A stretch of 64,000 bases of DNA, taken from contig CAXTCJ010000016.1 in assembly GCA_964242215.1 (NCBI GenBank), forward strand, positions 1,922 through 65,921. Direction: 5' to 3'. The translations under genes and the position numbers were made by a program. The first letter of the stretch is position 1, and each line of letters starts with the position of its first letter. The DNA is from an uncultured Acetobacteraceae bacterium (GTDB lineage: Bacteria > Pseudomonadota > Alphaproteobacteria > Acetobacterales > Acetobacteraceae). Shown in pieces: positions 19,243 through 28,290 of this stretch. A model generated the notes under the pieces. It did not search any database, was not told where the DNA came from, and saw only the letters and a program-made list of their open reading frames with translations.

Positions 19243-19917
19243 ATGGCGCCCAGGATCGTGCTTCTCCATGCCACCCCGGTCGCCATGCAGCCGATCCAGG
19301 CGGCTTTCAAGGAACGGTGGCCGGAAGCGGAAACGGTCAACCTGCTCGATGACGGGCTGTCGATCGATCGCGCGCGCGAGACGGATTTGTCCGAGGCGCT
19401 AATCCAGCGCTTTGTCGATTTCGGCGTCTACGGCAAGAACATGGGTGCGGACGGAATCCTGGTCACCTGCTCCGCCTTCGGCCCGGCAATCGACCGGCTG
19501 ATCGCGACGCTGCCGATCCCGGTGCTCAAGCCGAACGAGGCGATGTTCCGCGCCGCGTTGGAGCAAGGCGAGCGCATCGGCATGCTCGCGACCTTTGCCC
19601 CGTCGGTCAGCACCATGACCGACGAGTTCGACGAGTTCGTGGCCGAGACGGGTAAACCGGCGCAGTTAACCACCGTGCTGGTCGCGGACGCGATCGATCG
19701 GATCAAGGGCGGCGACGTGGAGACGCACAACCGTCTGGTTGCGGCTCGCGCGCCGGAGTTGGCCGGATACGACGCGATCATGCTCGCGCATTTCTCCACC
19801 TCCCGCGCGGCTGAAGCCGTCCGCAAGGCCGTCACTGTCCCCGTCATGACCGCGCCGCACGCGGCCGTCGATCGCATGCGAATTCTAGTAGAAGGCCGCG
19901 CTGGCGCGGGTGTTTGA
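19243..19917 (+). CDS. Asp/Glu/hydantoin racemase-fold protein (single Cys)
   Basis: GADGILVTCSAFG, PVLKPNEAM, RIGMLATF. The second catalytic Cys site reads LAHFS. Confidence 0.82.
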   Translation: MAPRIVLLHATPVAMQPIQAAFKERWPEAETVNLLDDGLSIDRARETDLSEALIQRFVDFGVYGKNMGADGILVTCSAFGPAIDRLIATLPIPVLKPNEAMFRAALEQGERIGMLATFAPSVSTMTDEFDEFVAETGKPAQLTTVLVADAIDRIKGGDVETHNRLVAARAPELAGYDAIMLAHFSTSRAAEAVRKAVTVPVMTAPHAAVDRMRILVEGRAGAGV

Positions 19918-19919
19918 CA

Positions 19920-21194
19920 ATGCTGCTCGGCGTCATCGCGGACGACTTCACGGGCGCTAGCGATATCGCCAATACCCTGGTCAAGGGCCTGGAGGGCGAG
20001 GGCGGGCTGCGCACGGCGCAGTATCTCGGCGTGCCGGACGGCCCCGCTGCACCGGGCATCGAGGCTGGCGTCGTGTCCCTGAAAAGCCGCTCCAACCCGC
20101 CTGCCGAGGCGGTGGCGCAATCCTTGGCGGCGTTGGCGTGGTTGCGCGCCCAGGGTGCCCGGCAAATCGTTTTCAAATACTGCTCGACGTTCGATTCCAC
20201 CCCGCAAGGCAATATCGGCCCGGTCGGCGAAGCGCTCGCCGACGCGTTGGGCGCGACCGGCGTCGTGGTGTGTCCGGCGTTCCCAGGGGCGGGGCGGACG
20301 ATCTATCAGGGGCACCTCTTCGTCGCCGACCACCTGCTGAATGAGTCCGGAATGGAGAAGCACCCGCTCACGCCAATGACCGATCCGGACATTCGCCGGG
20401 TGCTCCGGGCCCAGGTCAGTTCGTCCGTCGGACACGTGCCCCACCCCGTCGTGGCGGCCGGGCACGAGGCCGTGACGCGCGCGCTGAACGAGGCCGGGTC
20501 GCGCGGCGAGACCTTCGTCGTCACCGACGCGATCGATAACGAGGACCTGACCACACTGGGTCGGGCGGTCGCGTCAGCGGCGCTGGTCACCGGCGGATCC
20601 GGCATCGCGCGCGCCCTGCCACACAATTTCATCGCGGCCGGCGAGGCAGCGGGCGGAGTGGCCTCGGTGCCGGCCGTGACCGGGCCGGAGGTGATCCTCG
20701 CCGGCAGTTGTTCGCGCGCGACCCGTGGGCAGATCGAATACCACGCTCGGCACCATCCTGTACGGCTGGTCTCGGTGGACGCAGTCATGGCCGGTCAGCC
20801 ATTGCATGACGAACTGGTCGGGTTCGTGTTGGCGAATTCGGGGAACGCACCGCTGATTTACTCCTCCGCTGATCCCGAGGACGTCGCAGCCGCTCAGCGG
20901 CAGTATGGCCGCGAGCGCGTCGCTGAAGCGCTCGAGGGCCTGTTCGGCGCTGTCGCGGCGACGCTGGTCGAGCGCGGCATTCGGCGAATGGTGGTGGCGG
21001 GCGGCGAAACGTCCGGAGCTGTGGTCACCGCGCTGTCACTCGGCGCCTTGCAGGTGGGACCGGAGATCGATCCCGGTGTGCCCGTGCTGGTAGCCGAAGG
21101 ACCAGCCTTGATAGGCCTGGCCTTAAAGTCTGGGAATTTCGGGGCGGAAAACTTCTTCGAAAAGGCCTTGGTGCGGTTGGAGGGTGCGGCATGA
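19920..21194 (+). CDS. otnK: 3-oxo-tetronate kinase (four-carbon acid sugar kinase, DUF1537)
   Basis: LGVIADDFTGASD, LKSRS, FKYCSTFDST, LAGSCS..T..Q, VAGGETSG, LKSGNFG. Confidence 0.92.
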   Translation: MLLGVIADDFTGASDIANTLVKGLEGEGGLRTAQYLGVPDGPAAPGIEAGVVSLKSRSNPPAEAVAQSLAALAWLRAQGARQIVFKYCSTFDSTPQGNIGPVGEALADALGATGVVVCPAFPGAGRTIYQGHLFVADHLLNESGMEKHPLTPMTDPDIRRVLRAQVSSSVGHVPHPVVAAGHEAVTRALNEAGSRGETFVVTDAIDNEDLTTLGRAVASAALVTGGSGIARALPHNFIAAGEAAGGVASVPAVTGPEVILAGSCSRATRGQIEYHARHHPVRLVSVDAVMAGQPLHDELVGFVLANSGNAPLIYSSADPEDVAAAQRQYGRERVAEALEGLFGAVAATLVERGIRRMVVAGGETSGAVVTALSLGALQVGPEIDPGVPVLVAEGPALIGLALKSGNFGAENFFEKALVRLEGAA

Positions 21195-21820
21195 ACGAGA
21201 GCCAGTTGCGCGACGAGATGGCCCGCCTGTCCCGCTCGCTATACGACCGCGGCTATTCGGTCGGGTCCGCCGGCAACATCAGCGCACGGCTCGACGATGG
21301 TTGGCTGATCACACCGACCAACAGCTGTTTGGGGTCCCTCGACCCGGCGCGGATCAGCAAGCTGGATGCCAATGGTGATCACGTTGCTGGCGACAAGCCT
21401 TCCAAAGAGGTGTTCCTGCACCGCGCGTTCTATGACACCCGACCAGGAACGGGCGCCGTTGTGCACTTACATTCTACCTATGCGACGGCGCTGTCCTGCC
21501 TCGCCGACACCGATGCCGAAGACTGCATTCCGCCGCTAACACCGTACGTCGTCATGCGCGTGGGCCGGGTGAAGCTAGTGCCGTATTTCCGCCCTGGCGA
21601 TGCGCGCGGCGGCGCGTTGATCGAAGCGCTCGGGGGCAAATACGCCGCTGTGCTGCTGGCCAATCACGGCCCCGTCGTAAGCGGCAAGGACCTGACAGCC
21701 ACGGTCTATGCGGCCGAAGAGTTGGAGGAAACCGCCAAGCTGATCGTCACGTTGCGGGGTGCGCCGGTACGGATGCTGACGGACGCGGACGTGGCCGAGC
21801 TGCAGCAAGCCTTCAAGTAG
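21191..21820 (+). CDS. otnC: 3-oxo-tetronate 4-phosphate decarboxylase (class II aldolase family)
   Basis: GSAGNIS, KPSKEVFLH, VVHLHST, PPLTPY, LLANHG. ATGA overlap with otnK. Confidence 0.88.
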   Translation: MNESQLRDEMARLSRSLYDRGYSVGSAGNISARLDDGWLITPTNSCLGSLDPARISKLDANGDHVAGDKPSKEVFLHRAFYDTRPGTGAVVHLHSTYATALSCLADTDAEDCIPPLTPYVVMRVGRVKLVPYFRPGDARGGALIEALGGKYAAVLLANHGPVVSGKDLTATVYAAEELEETAKLIVTLRGAPVRMLTDADVAELQQAFK

Positions 21821-21824
21821 CCCC

Positions 21825-22871
21825 TTAGGCGAAAACAATGCTGACCGGGCTGGGCGATGACGCGAGCCGCGCACTCTCCCGCGAATCCAGAGCGAAACGG
21901 CCGATCACGTCGTCGCGCTCGCTCGCGACGTAAAGATGGTCACCGTGGACCGTCATGAAACGAGGCTCGCGGCCCGGAGCGGGCATGAAGCCGAGTGATT
22001 GCAGCTGCGCACCGCCAGCCTCGACGGCGAAGACCGCGATGCCGTCCTGGCCCCGGTTGGACACGAAGACCCGGCTGCCACTGGGTGTTACCGTAATTGC
22101 CGCAGCCGTACTCGCCCCGAAGAAGTCCGGCGGCAAGGTGGGTAGTATCTGAAGCGGTTCCAGGCTGCCGGCCTGCTCCGACCAGCGATAGGTGGTGATC
22201 GTCGAATCTATCTCGTTCAGCACCCAGTAGACCGGCAACGAGGGATGGAACGCACCGTGTCGCGGCCCGGCGCCCGGCCGCGACGGCGTTACGGACGCCA
22301 GTTCCAAACGCCCACGCTGCGCATCGAAGGCGAACACGGCGATGGTGTCGTGGCCTTTGTCCGGCACCAGCACGAAGCGGCCACTCGGGTCGAATGCGAC
22401 ATGGTGCGGGTGCGACGCCGATTGCTCGATCCGATGGGGGCCGGGCGCGCCGGGCATCGGCACACACTGGGTGAAAGCCCGGAGGCTGCCATCATCGGCC
22501 ACCGGTAGTACCGCAACCGACCCGGTGCCGTAATTCGCGACGATGAAGTGCCGGCCCGTCCCATCCAACGCGCCATGCACCAGGTTGCTCCCGCCGGATG
22601 CCGCTTGCCCAAGCGGACGCAACAGGCCCGTTTCTGCGTCGCGCGCATAGGCGCTGGCGTAGTCCTGGTCGCCGTGCACGGCATAAAGCGTCCGGGCCGC
22701 GGAGCCCATGATGAGGTAGGACGGATTGACCAGTCCCGGCACATGTTGCACATGGGTCCAGGCGTTTCCGCCCGGGCCGGTCGCGTAGACGTGGATGCCG
22801 TCGCCACGGGCGCGCCGCTTCTCGGTCGTGAAGCAGCCGACATAGGCGTAGCCTTCGCCCGTGCCGCTCAC
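21825..22871 (-). CDS. Lactonase family beta-propeller (6-phosphogluconolactonase-like)
   Basis: YVGCFT, NPSYL, VANY..GSV, SHPHH, VPDKG.D, GAGPRH, VSNRG.D, PRF. Confidence 0.9.
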   Translation of the reverse strand: MSGTGEGYAYVGCFTTEKRRARGDGIHVYATGPGGNAWTHVQHVPGLVNPSYLIMGSAARTLYAVHGDQDYASAYARDAETGLLRPLGQAASGGSNLVHGALDGTGRHFIVANYGTGSVAVLPVADDGSLRAFTQCVPMPGAPGPHRIEQSASHPHHVAFDPSGRFVLVPDKGHDTIAVFAFDAQRGRLELASVTPSRPGAGPRHGAFHPSLPVYWVLNEIDSTITTYRWSEQAGSLEPLQILPTLPPDFFGASTAAAITVTPSGSRVFVSNRGQDGIAVFAVEAGGAQLQSLGFMPAPGREPRFMTVHGDHLYVASERDDVIGRFALDSRESARLASSPSPVSIVFA

Positions 22872-23674
22872 GATGTGGTGCGGCTATAGCCGAAGGCGCA
22901 GTAGCCACCGCCTTGATGCTTTTCAACCACCGGGTCACCGCTGGTCTTGCCGGCGAGTTCCGCCGTCCAACCATCGGCACTGTCCTGCGGCTCCCAGCCG
23001 ATCGCCGCGCGGTCATCCTCGCGCCACCACGTCATCCGAGCATTGCGGCTTGCGCCCCAGATCACCAGGCAGCCCTCGATATCGGCCAGGATGCTGCGCT
23101 CGACGGCCCGCGACAGGTCGCCGTAGGACAGCCACGTGGCCAGCATCCTATCATCCAGCGGCACCGGCGTGCACGAGCCGATGCGCAGGAACACGCTCGT
23201 GGTACCGTGCTTGTTCCAGTACAACCGGCCCGTCAGCTCGGCATAAGCCTTGGACAGGCCGTAATAGCCGTCGGCGAGCATGTCGCAATCGCTGTCCAGC
23301 ACTTCGCTGCGTTCGTGGAAGCCGACCACGTGGTTGGATGATGCGAACACCATGCGCGCGCCTTCCCGCCGTGCCGCTTCGTAGGCGTGATACAGGCCGC
23401 GTATGTTCGGCCCAATCACCGTTTCGAACGGTTGCTCGACCGAGATACCGCCGAAATGCACCACGGTCCCGCAGCCCTCGGCCAGGCGCAGGATCGCTGG
23501 GCCGTCATTGAGGTCGATCCGCGTGAAGGTGGCGCCGGGCGGCAACGCGTCCGGGAATGGCGCAATGTCGGTCAACCGCAAGGTCATGCCCTGCTCGCCT
23601 AGGTATCGCGCCAAAGCGCGGCCCAGATTGCCGGATGCACCGGTCAGCAGAACGGGCTTGGCCGGCGCGCTCAT
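22868..23674 (-). CDS. udh: Uronate dehydrogenase-like NAD-dependent SDR
   Basis: LLTGASGNLG, HFGGISVE, FASSNH, DGYYGLSK, RIGSC, RMLATWLS. Confidence 0.82.
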   Translation of the reverse strand: MSAPAKPVLLTGASGNLGRALARYLGEQGMTLRLTDIAPFPDALPPGATFTRIDLNDGPAILRLAEGCGTVVHFGGISVEQPFETVIGPNIRGLYHAYEAARREGARMVFASSNHVVGFHERSEVLDSDCDMLADGYYGLSKAYAELTGRLYWNKHGTTSVFLRIGSCTPVPLDDRMLATWLSYGDLSRAVERSILADIEGCLVIWGASRNARMTWWREDDRAAIGWEPQDSADGWTAELAGKTSGDPVVEKHQGGGYCAFGYSRTTS

Positions 23675-24960
23675 GCGAACTTCCCGTGCGTGATCCGCGG
23701 CGTCTCGTCGGTGCGCCGCACGCAGATCGCCATCGCGATAACCCCTGCGGCCGCCGCTCCGCCGGCCAGGAAAAAGGCGCTGTTGAACCCGCCCCAGTAC
23801 TGCACCGCATAACCGGTGGCGGTCGGACCCACGATGCCGGAAATGTTGCTGAGCAGGTGGATGAACCCGCTCACGCCACCGACGCGAACCGCCGGCACCA
23901 ATTCGTGGATGGTGGCCCAGCACGACTGTACGGAGGCCGTCAGCAACATGATCGCCAGTGAGATGAGTGCGACCGCGGCCGCGGGCGTGGTGGTGAACGT
24001 GACCATCAGCAGCGCAACGCCCGCGATCGCCAGCGGTGCGATGGTGGTGATCTTGCGTGCGCGCAGCTTGTCGGCGCTGTGGTTATAGATGAAGTCCGAC
24101 ACCAGCCCGCCGCCGATATAGCCGATCAACCCGCCAATCCATGGGATCGACGCTACGATGGCCATCTGTTGCACCGGCATGTGCAGCGCGTCCGTCAGAT
24201 ACGTCGGCAGCCACGAGATGAAGATATACAGCGTGTAGTTCACAGCAAACATGCCTAGGCCGAGCGACAAGGTGCTCGGACGGCCGAGATAGTGCGACAG
24301 ACCCGGGTAGGTGCCACCGGGGGGCGGCGCGACAACCTCACGGCTAGCCTCGAGCCGCTGCAGTTCCGCCGAAGTGACGTGCTTGTTGTCCTGCGGCAGG
24401 TCGGTGACCAGCAAGCGCCACACAACGACCCAGATCAGCCCGAGAGCGGCGATCACGAAAAAGGCGGCCCGCCAACCGAAGCTGATCGCAAGAAGGGCCA
24501 CGATCGGCGCGGCGATGGCGCTGCCGAAGGTCTGGCCTGAGAAGGTAAAGCCTACGGCGCGCGCCGTCTCCCGCCGGGGGAACCAATTCGTGATGGTGCG
24601 GTTGGTCGTGCTGTTCATCGGCCCTTCCGCAAATCCGAACAGCGTCCGAACGATCAGCAGCTGCGTGTAGCCGGTCACCAGCCCGGTCAGCCCGCACAGC
24701 ACAGACCATGCCGTCGCCGCCCAGACATAGGTGCGCACCGGGCCGAACCGGTCCGCCATCTGGCCGCCGACGAATGCGAACAGGGCGTAGCCGATGAAGA
24801 ATGTGCTGAACGTCATCCCTAACTCGGACGGCGACAGCGTGAAGCTCTTCTGGATGAACGGTGCGACCACGCCGATTGCCGCGCGATCCATGTAGTTGAT
24901 CGACCCGGCGATGAACAAAAGGACCGCCACGGCCCATCGATAATTCTTCAACACGTCCAC
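23671..24960 (-). CDS. MFS transporter, ACS family (hexuronate/sugar-acid)
   Basis: INYMDRA, RTLFGFAEG, WFPRRE.ARA, WLPTYL, about 12 hydrophobic segments. Confidence 0.92.
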   Translation of the reverse strand: MDVLKNYRWAVAVLLFIAGSINYMDRAAIGVVAPFIQKSFTLSPSELGMTFSTFFIGYALFAFVGGQMADRFGPVRTYVWAATAWSVLCGLTGLVTGYTQLLIVRTLFGFAEGPMNSTTNRTITNWFPRRETARAVGFTFSGQTFGSAIAAPIVALLAISFGWRAAFFVIAALGLIWVVVWRLLVTDLPQDNKHVTSAELQRLEASREVVAPPPGGTYPGLSHYLGRPSTLSLGLGMFAVNYTLYIFISWLPTYLTDALHMPVQQMAIVASIPWIGGLIGYIGGGLVSDFIYNHSADKLRARKITTIAPLAIAGVALLMVTFTTTPAAAVALISLAIMLLTASVQSCWATIHELVPAVRVGGVSGFIHLLSNISGIVGPTATGYAVQYWGGFNSAFFLAGGAAAAGVIAMAICVRRTDETPRITHGKFA

Positions 24961-25173
24961 CTACTCCCGGAACCTGATTCTTGGGCGGATCGCGGCGCTC
25001 CGTGCGCACGCATCGCGCCGCGGCGTCATCGCCGCTGGCCCAGGCACTTGATGCCGCTGGCCCTGAAATTGTCAATGACACAGCTGCATAGCTGCTGTCA
25101 CGGGCGCTTTTGCGCCACTACAGCATAGGTTAGGCCGCCTATTATCGATACTGCGCGGCTTCGGGCGGACGAT

Positions 25174-26514
25174 CTAGTCAACGACCTCCACGAATGCACC
25201 GAGCAGCCGGGGCATGTCCTCGGGGGACGCCGGCAGCCGGCTGCCGGGCAACGTCAATTGTTGCACGAGCTGGCCGGCGGCCGTGTAGAGCGAAAGCTCC
25301 AAGTCATCGCCGATCACCTTGGGCCGGCAGACCACCTCACCCCCGGCAACGCGACGGCCCGCTTCGACGAACGCCCGGATCTCCTCCAGGCCGCTGGTCT
25401 GTTCACCGGCCTCGGCGAGGAACTCAGCAATCTCGTTCGCGACCTGGGACAGCGCCACCAGTCCCAGCGGGACACACCCCTCGGTCTGCTGAAACACCCT
25501 GCCACGCCAGCGATCGAAGCACGCGGCACGGTGCGCCTCCTCCGGCGTTTCCGCGGCTTCGTCATCGGGCTCCTCCGGCAGGCCGCCGGCGGCGGCGATC
25601 TCGTCCCACACCGGGATCGCCCAATCGAGGCTCAGGCCGAGCAGGACGCCGAAGCCACGCCGGGTCAGGTCGTCGGTATCGCCGGGCGGCAGGTCACGCG
25701 GTGGCCGCCCGTCAACCAGGTCGCGCAGCACGCGGCGCACGGCACCGAACGAAAGCTGCGCCAGCGCCTCGGGGGAGCGCCAGCCGGGCAGCAAACGCAG
25801 TTCCTCGTTGTCCGGGAGGGCGCCGGACGCGATCAAGCCTTGCGCGAGGTCTTCACCGTCCGGGACGTCGCCGGCGGACAGCGCGACCGGCAGGGCGACC
25901 AGTTCGGCCCACGGAGACGGCCCAAGCGCGGCGCCCTCGGCCGCCACGAGCAGCACCCAGTTGAGGTCGTCGCCGGCCTCGTCGCCGCGGCGTTCACCGA
26001 GCTTGCGGACGGCAAGGTCCAATACGTCGATGCGGTCGGCCGCCAGCAACGCCTGCACCAGCACGTCGAACTCGTCGCTATCGGCGTCGTCGAAGGCATC
26101 CAGCAGCCGGTCCGCGGTCGGGCCCGGCGCCTTGCCGAATGTCAGCGGCTCGGGTGCAGCGGACGCCTTGAGACCAAGCAGTTCCAAAGCCGCTGCACCG
26201 CGCAGCAGACGCGATCGGTCGATCCAGCCACGGCGGTTCTCGGGCGTGTCGTCACGGTCCGACATCCAGCGCCGGAACGCCGCCCGGTCGGCGCGCTGCA
26301 CCACCACCTCCCCGCCGGCATGCAGGATCTCCTCGGCGACAGCGCGATTCACGGCGTGAACAGCCGCCAAATCGCTCTCGCCGGGTCGCAGGGTGTCGAG
26401 AGTTTTGGCATCGGGATAGTGAGTGAGAAGCACGGCATCAAGATCGGGCGCGACGTCCCGCGCGAGATCCGCCGCCTGCGCTACGCGATCGTCTCGGGAA
26501 CCGGGGTCGGACAC
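25174..26514 (-). CDS. Hypothetical acidic cytoplasmic protein (446 aa)
   Basis: Long ORF with protein-like Asp/Glu/Ala/Leu-rich composition, unlike the Arg/Pro-rich shadow frames. No motif recognised. Confidence 0.75.
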   Translation of the reverse strand: MSDPGSRDDRVAQAADLARDVAPDLDAVLLTHYPDAKTLDTLRPGESDLAAVHAVNRAVAEEILHAGGEVVVQRADRAAFRRWMSDRDDTPENRRGWIDRSRLLRGAAALELLGLKASAAPEPLTFGKAPGPTADRLLDAFDDADSDEFDVLVQALLAADRIDVLDLAVRKLGERRGDEAGDDLNWVLLVAAEGAALGPSPWAELVALPVALSAGDVPDGEDLAQGLIASGALPDNEELRLLPGWRSPEALAQLSFGAVRRVLRDLVDGRPPRDLPPGDTDDLTRRGFGVLLGLSLDWAIPVWDEIAAAGGLPEEPDDEAAETPEEAHRAACFDRWRGRVFQQTEGCVPLGLVALSQVANEIAEFLAEAGEQTSGLEEIRAFVEAGRRVAGGEVVCRPKVIGDDLELSLYTAAGQLVQQLTLPGSRLPASPEDMPRLLGAFVEVVD

Positions 26515-26620
26515 GGGATCATCCTGAACGGGCGCCGACTATGGGGTCGCACCCCGAGCGGCTGCAACAAAAGTTACACCGACCCCGGACGGCTTGGTCC
26601 ACCGTCCGGAGCCGCGCGTG

Positions 26621-27937
26621 CTAGCGCGGCCGGCGCTGCGGAGGGCGTCCTTGGGAGGCTTGGGGCGGCCGGGCATTCTGGCCCGGCGGGCGGTTGTGCG
26701 CATTCGGGGCACGCGACTGCTGGCCACCACGCCCGCCACCGCCAAGCACCGGCGGCCGCATCGTGGACAGACGCGCGGCCTCAGAGTGATACGGGTGGTC
26801 GGTCACGACGGGGACCGGCTGGCCGATCGTGCGCTCGATCGCGTGCAGCCAGGCGCGATGCTCCGGCTCGCACAGACTGACCGCCAAGCCTTCCCGGCCG
26901 GCCCGCGCGGTGCGGCCGATGCGGTGCACGTAGCTCTCTGGGATGTTCGGCAGGTCGAAGTTGAACACGTGGCTGACATCGTCCACGTCGATCCCGCGCG
27001 AGGCGATGTCGGTCGCCACCAGCACGCGCACCGCCCCGGATTTGAACCCGGCGAGCGCCCGCTCCCGCTGCCCTTGGGACTTGTTGCCGTGGATGGCTTC
27101 GGCCGGCGAGCCCGCCTCGGTCAGCGCGGTGGCGACCTTGTTGGCAGTGCTCTTGGTGAGCGTGAACACGATGGCGCGGCTGACCGTGGCCGGTTTCACC
27201 AGCAGTTTCATCAGCGCAAGCTTGTTTGCGGCATCGGTGAACATGACGCTCTGGCCGATGCGCGCGACCGTCGTGGCAGGCGGCGTGACCTCCACCCGCA
27301 CCGGATCGCGCAGCAAGCTGGCGGCGAGGCTGGCGATGGCGGTGGGCATGGTTGCCGAGAACAGCAGGGTCTGCCGCTCCTTGGGCAGCATGGCGACGGC
27401 CTGCCGGATCGGCTTGACGAAGCCCATGTCGAGCATCTGGTCGGCTTCGTCCAGCACCAGCACGCCGGTGGCGCCGAGGTCGACATGGCCCTGGCTGACG
27501 AGGTCCAGCAGGCGACCCGGCGTCGCCACCAGGAAGTCGACGCCGCGGCGCATGGCGGTGACCTGATGCACCTGGCTGACGCCACCGAACACGACGGTGT
27601 GGGTCATGCCGAGGCCATGGCCGTATGCGGCGATGCTCTGGTCGATCTGCGAGGCGAGTTCGCGCGTCGGCGCCAAAATCAGCACGTTGGCGCAGCGGGG
27701 CGGCGCCGGGCGGCGGTGGGCGGCCAGGCGGTGCAGGATCGGCAGCAGAAACGCCGCTGTCTTGCCGGTGCCGGTCTGCGCCAGCCCAAGCAGGTCGCGG
27801 CCGGCGAGCAGGGTGGGGATGGCCTGAGCCTGGATCGGAGTGGGCGAGGTATAGCCCTCCCGCGCCAGCGCCTCGAGCAGCTTGGGGTTGAGGCCGAGTT
27901 CGGTGAAGTTCGGCGCAACGGCGGCGATGTGGCTCAT
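26621..27937 (-). CDS. rhlE: DEAD-box RNA helicase (RhlE-like)
   Basis: Q motif PTPIQ, AQTGTGKT, PTRELA, TPGRL, DEAD, SAT, HRIGRTARAG, basic Gly/Arg tail. Confidence 0.93.
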   Translation of the reverse strand: MSHIAAVAPNFTELGLNPKLLEALAREGYTSPTPIQAQAIPTLLAGRDLLGLAQTGTGKTAAFLLPILHRLAAHRRPAPPRCANVLILAPTRELASQIDQSIAAYGHGLGMTHTVVFGGVSQVHQVTAMRRGVDFLVATPGRLLDLVSQGHVDLGATGVLVLDEADQMLDMGFVKPIRQAVAMLPKERQTLLFSATMPTAIASLAASLLRDPVRVEVTPPATTVARIGQSVMFTDAANKLALMKLLVKPATVSRAIVFTLTKSTANKVATALTEAGSPAEAIHGNKSQGQRERALAGFKSGAVRVLVATDIASRGIDVDDVSHVFNFDLPNIPESYVHRIGRTARAGREGLAVSLCEPEHRAWLHAIERTIGQPVPVVTDHPYHSEAARLSTMRPPVLGGGGRGGQQSRAPNAHNRPPGQNARPPQASQGRPPQRRPR

Positions 27938-28290
27938 AACTGTATGCGCCTCCTCGGCGCGGTGGTGCACGCAACAGGCGTTGCGTGAGGTGGTGGCGAT
28001 GATGGGGGTGCCTGCCGGGTCGAAGCCCCGGCCTTTTGGCTGATTGTTGGTCGGCAGCTAGCAGGAAACCGTCTCGCCGCCTTTGTGCTCCCGCGCCGCG
28101 GCTTGGCCCACGCGGCACGGTCAGGATGAAGGGCAACGGATTGCAGCCCGGTGTTCGACCAAATGCCTGTGAAAGCAGGGTCCGCTCGACCGGTCGGGTT
28201 AGGCCCCTGTCGCCGCGGCGCCTTCTAACACGATTCAGGCCGGATTTGGCTAGAGCATACCAGCGACCGAATGCGCGCGTTGCCGCCGGG

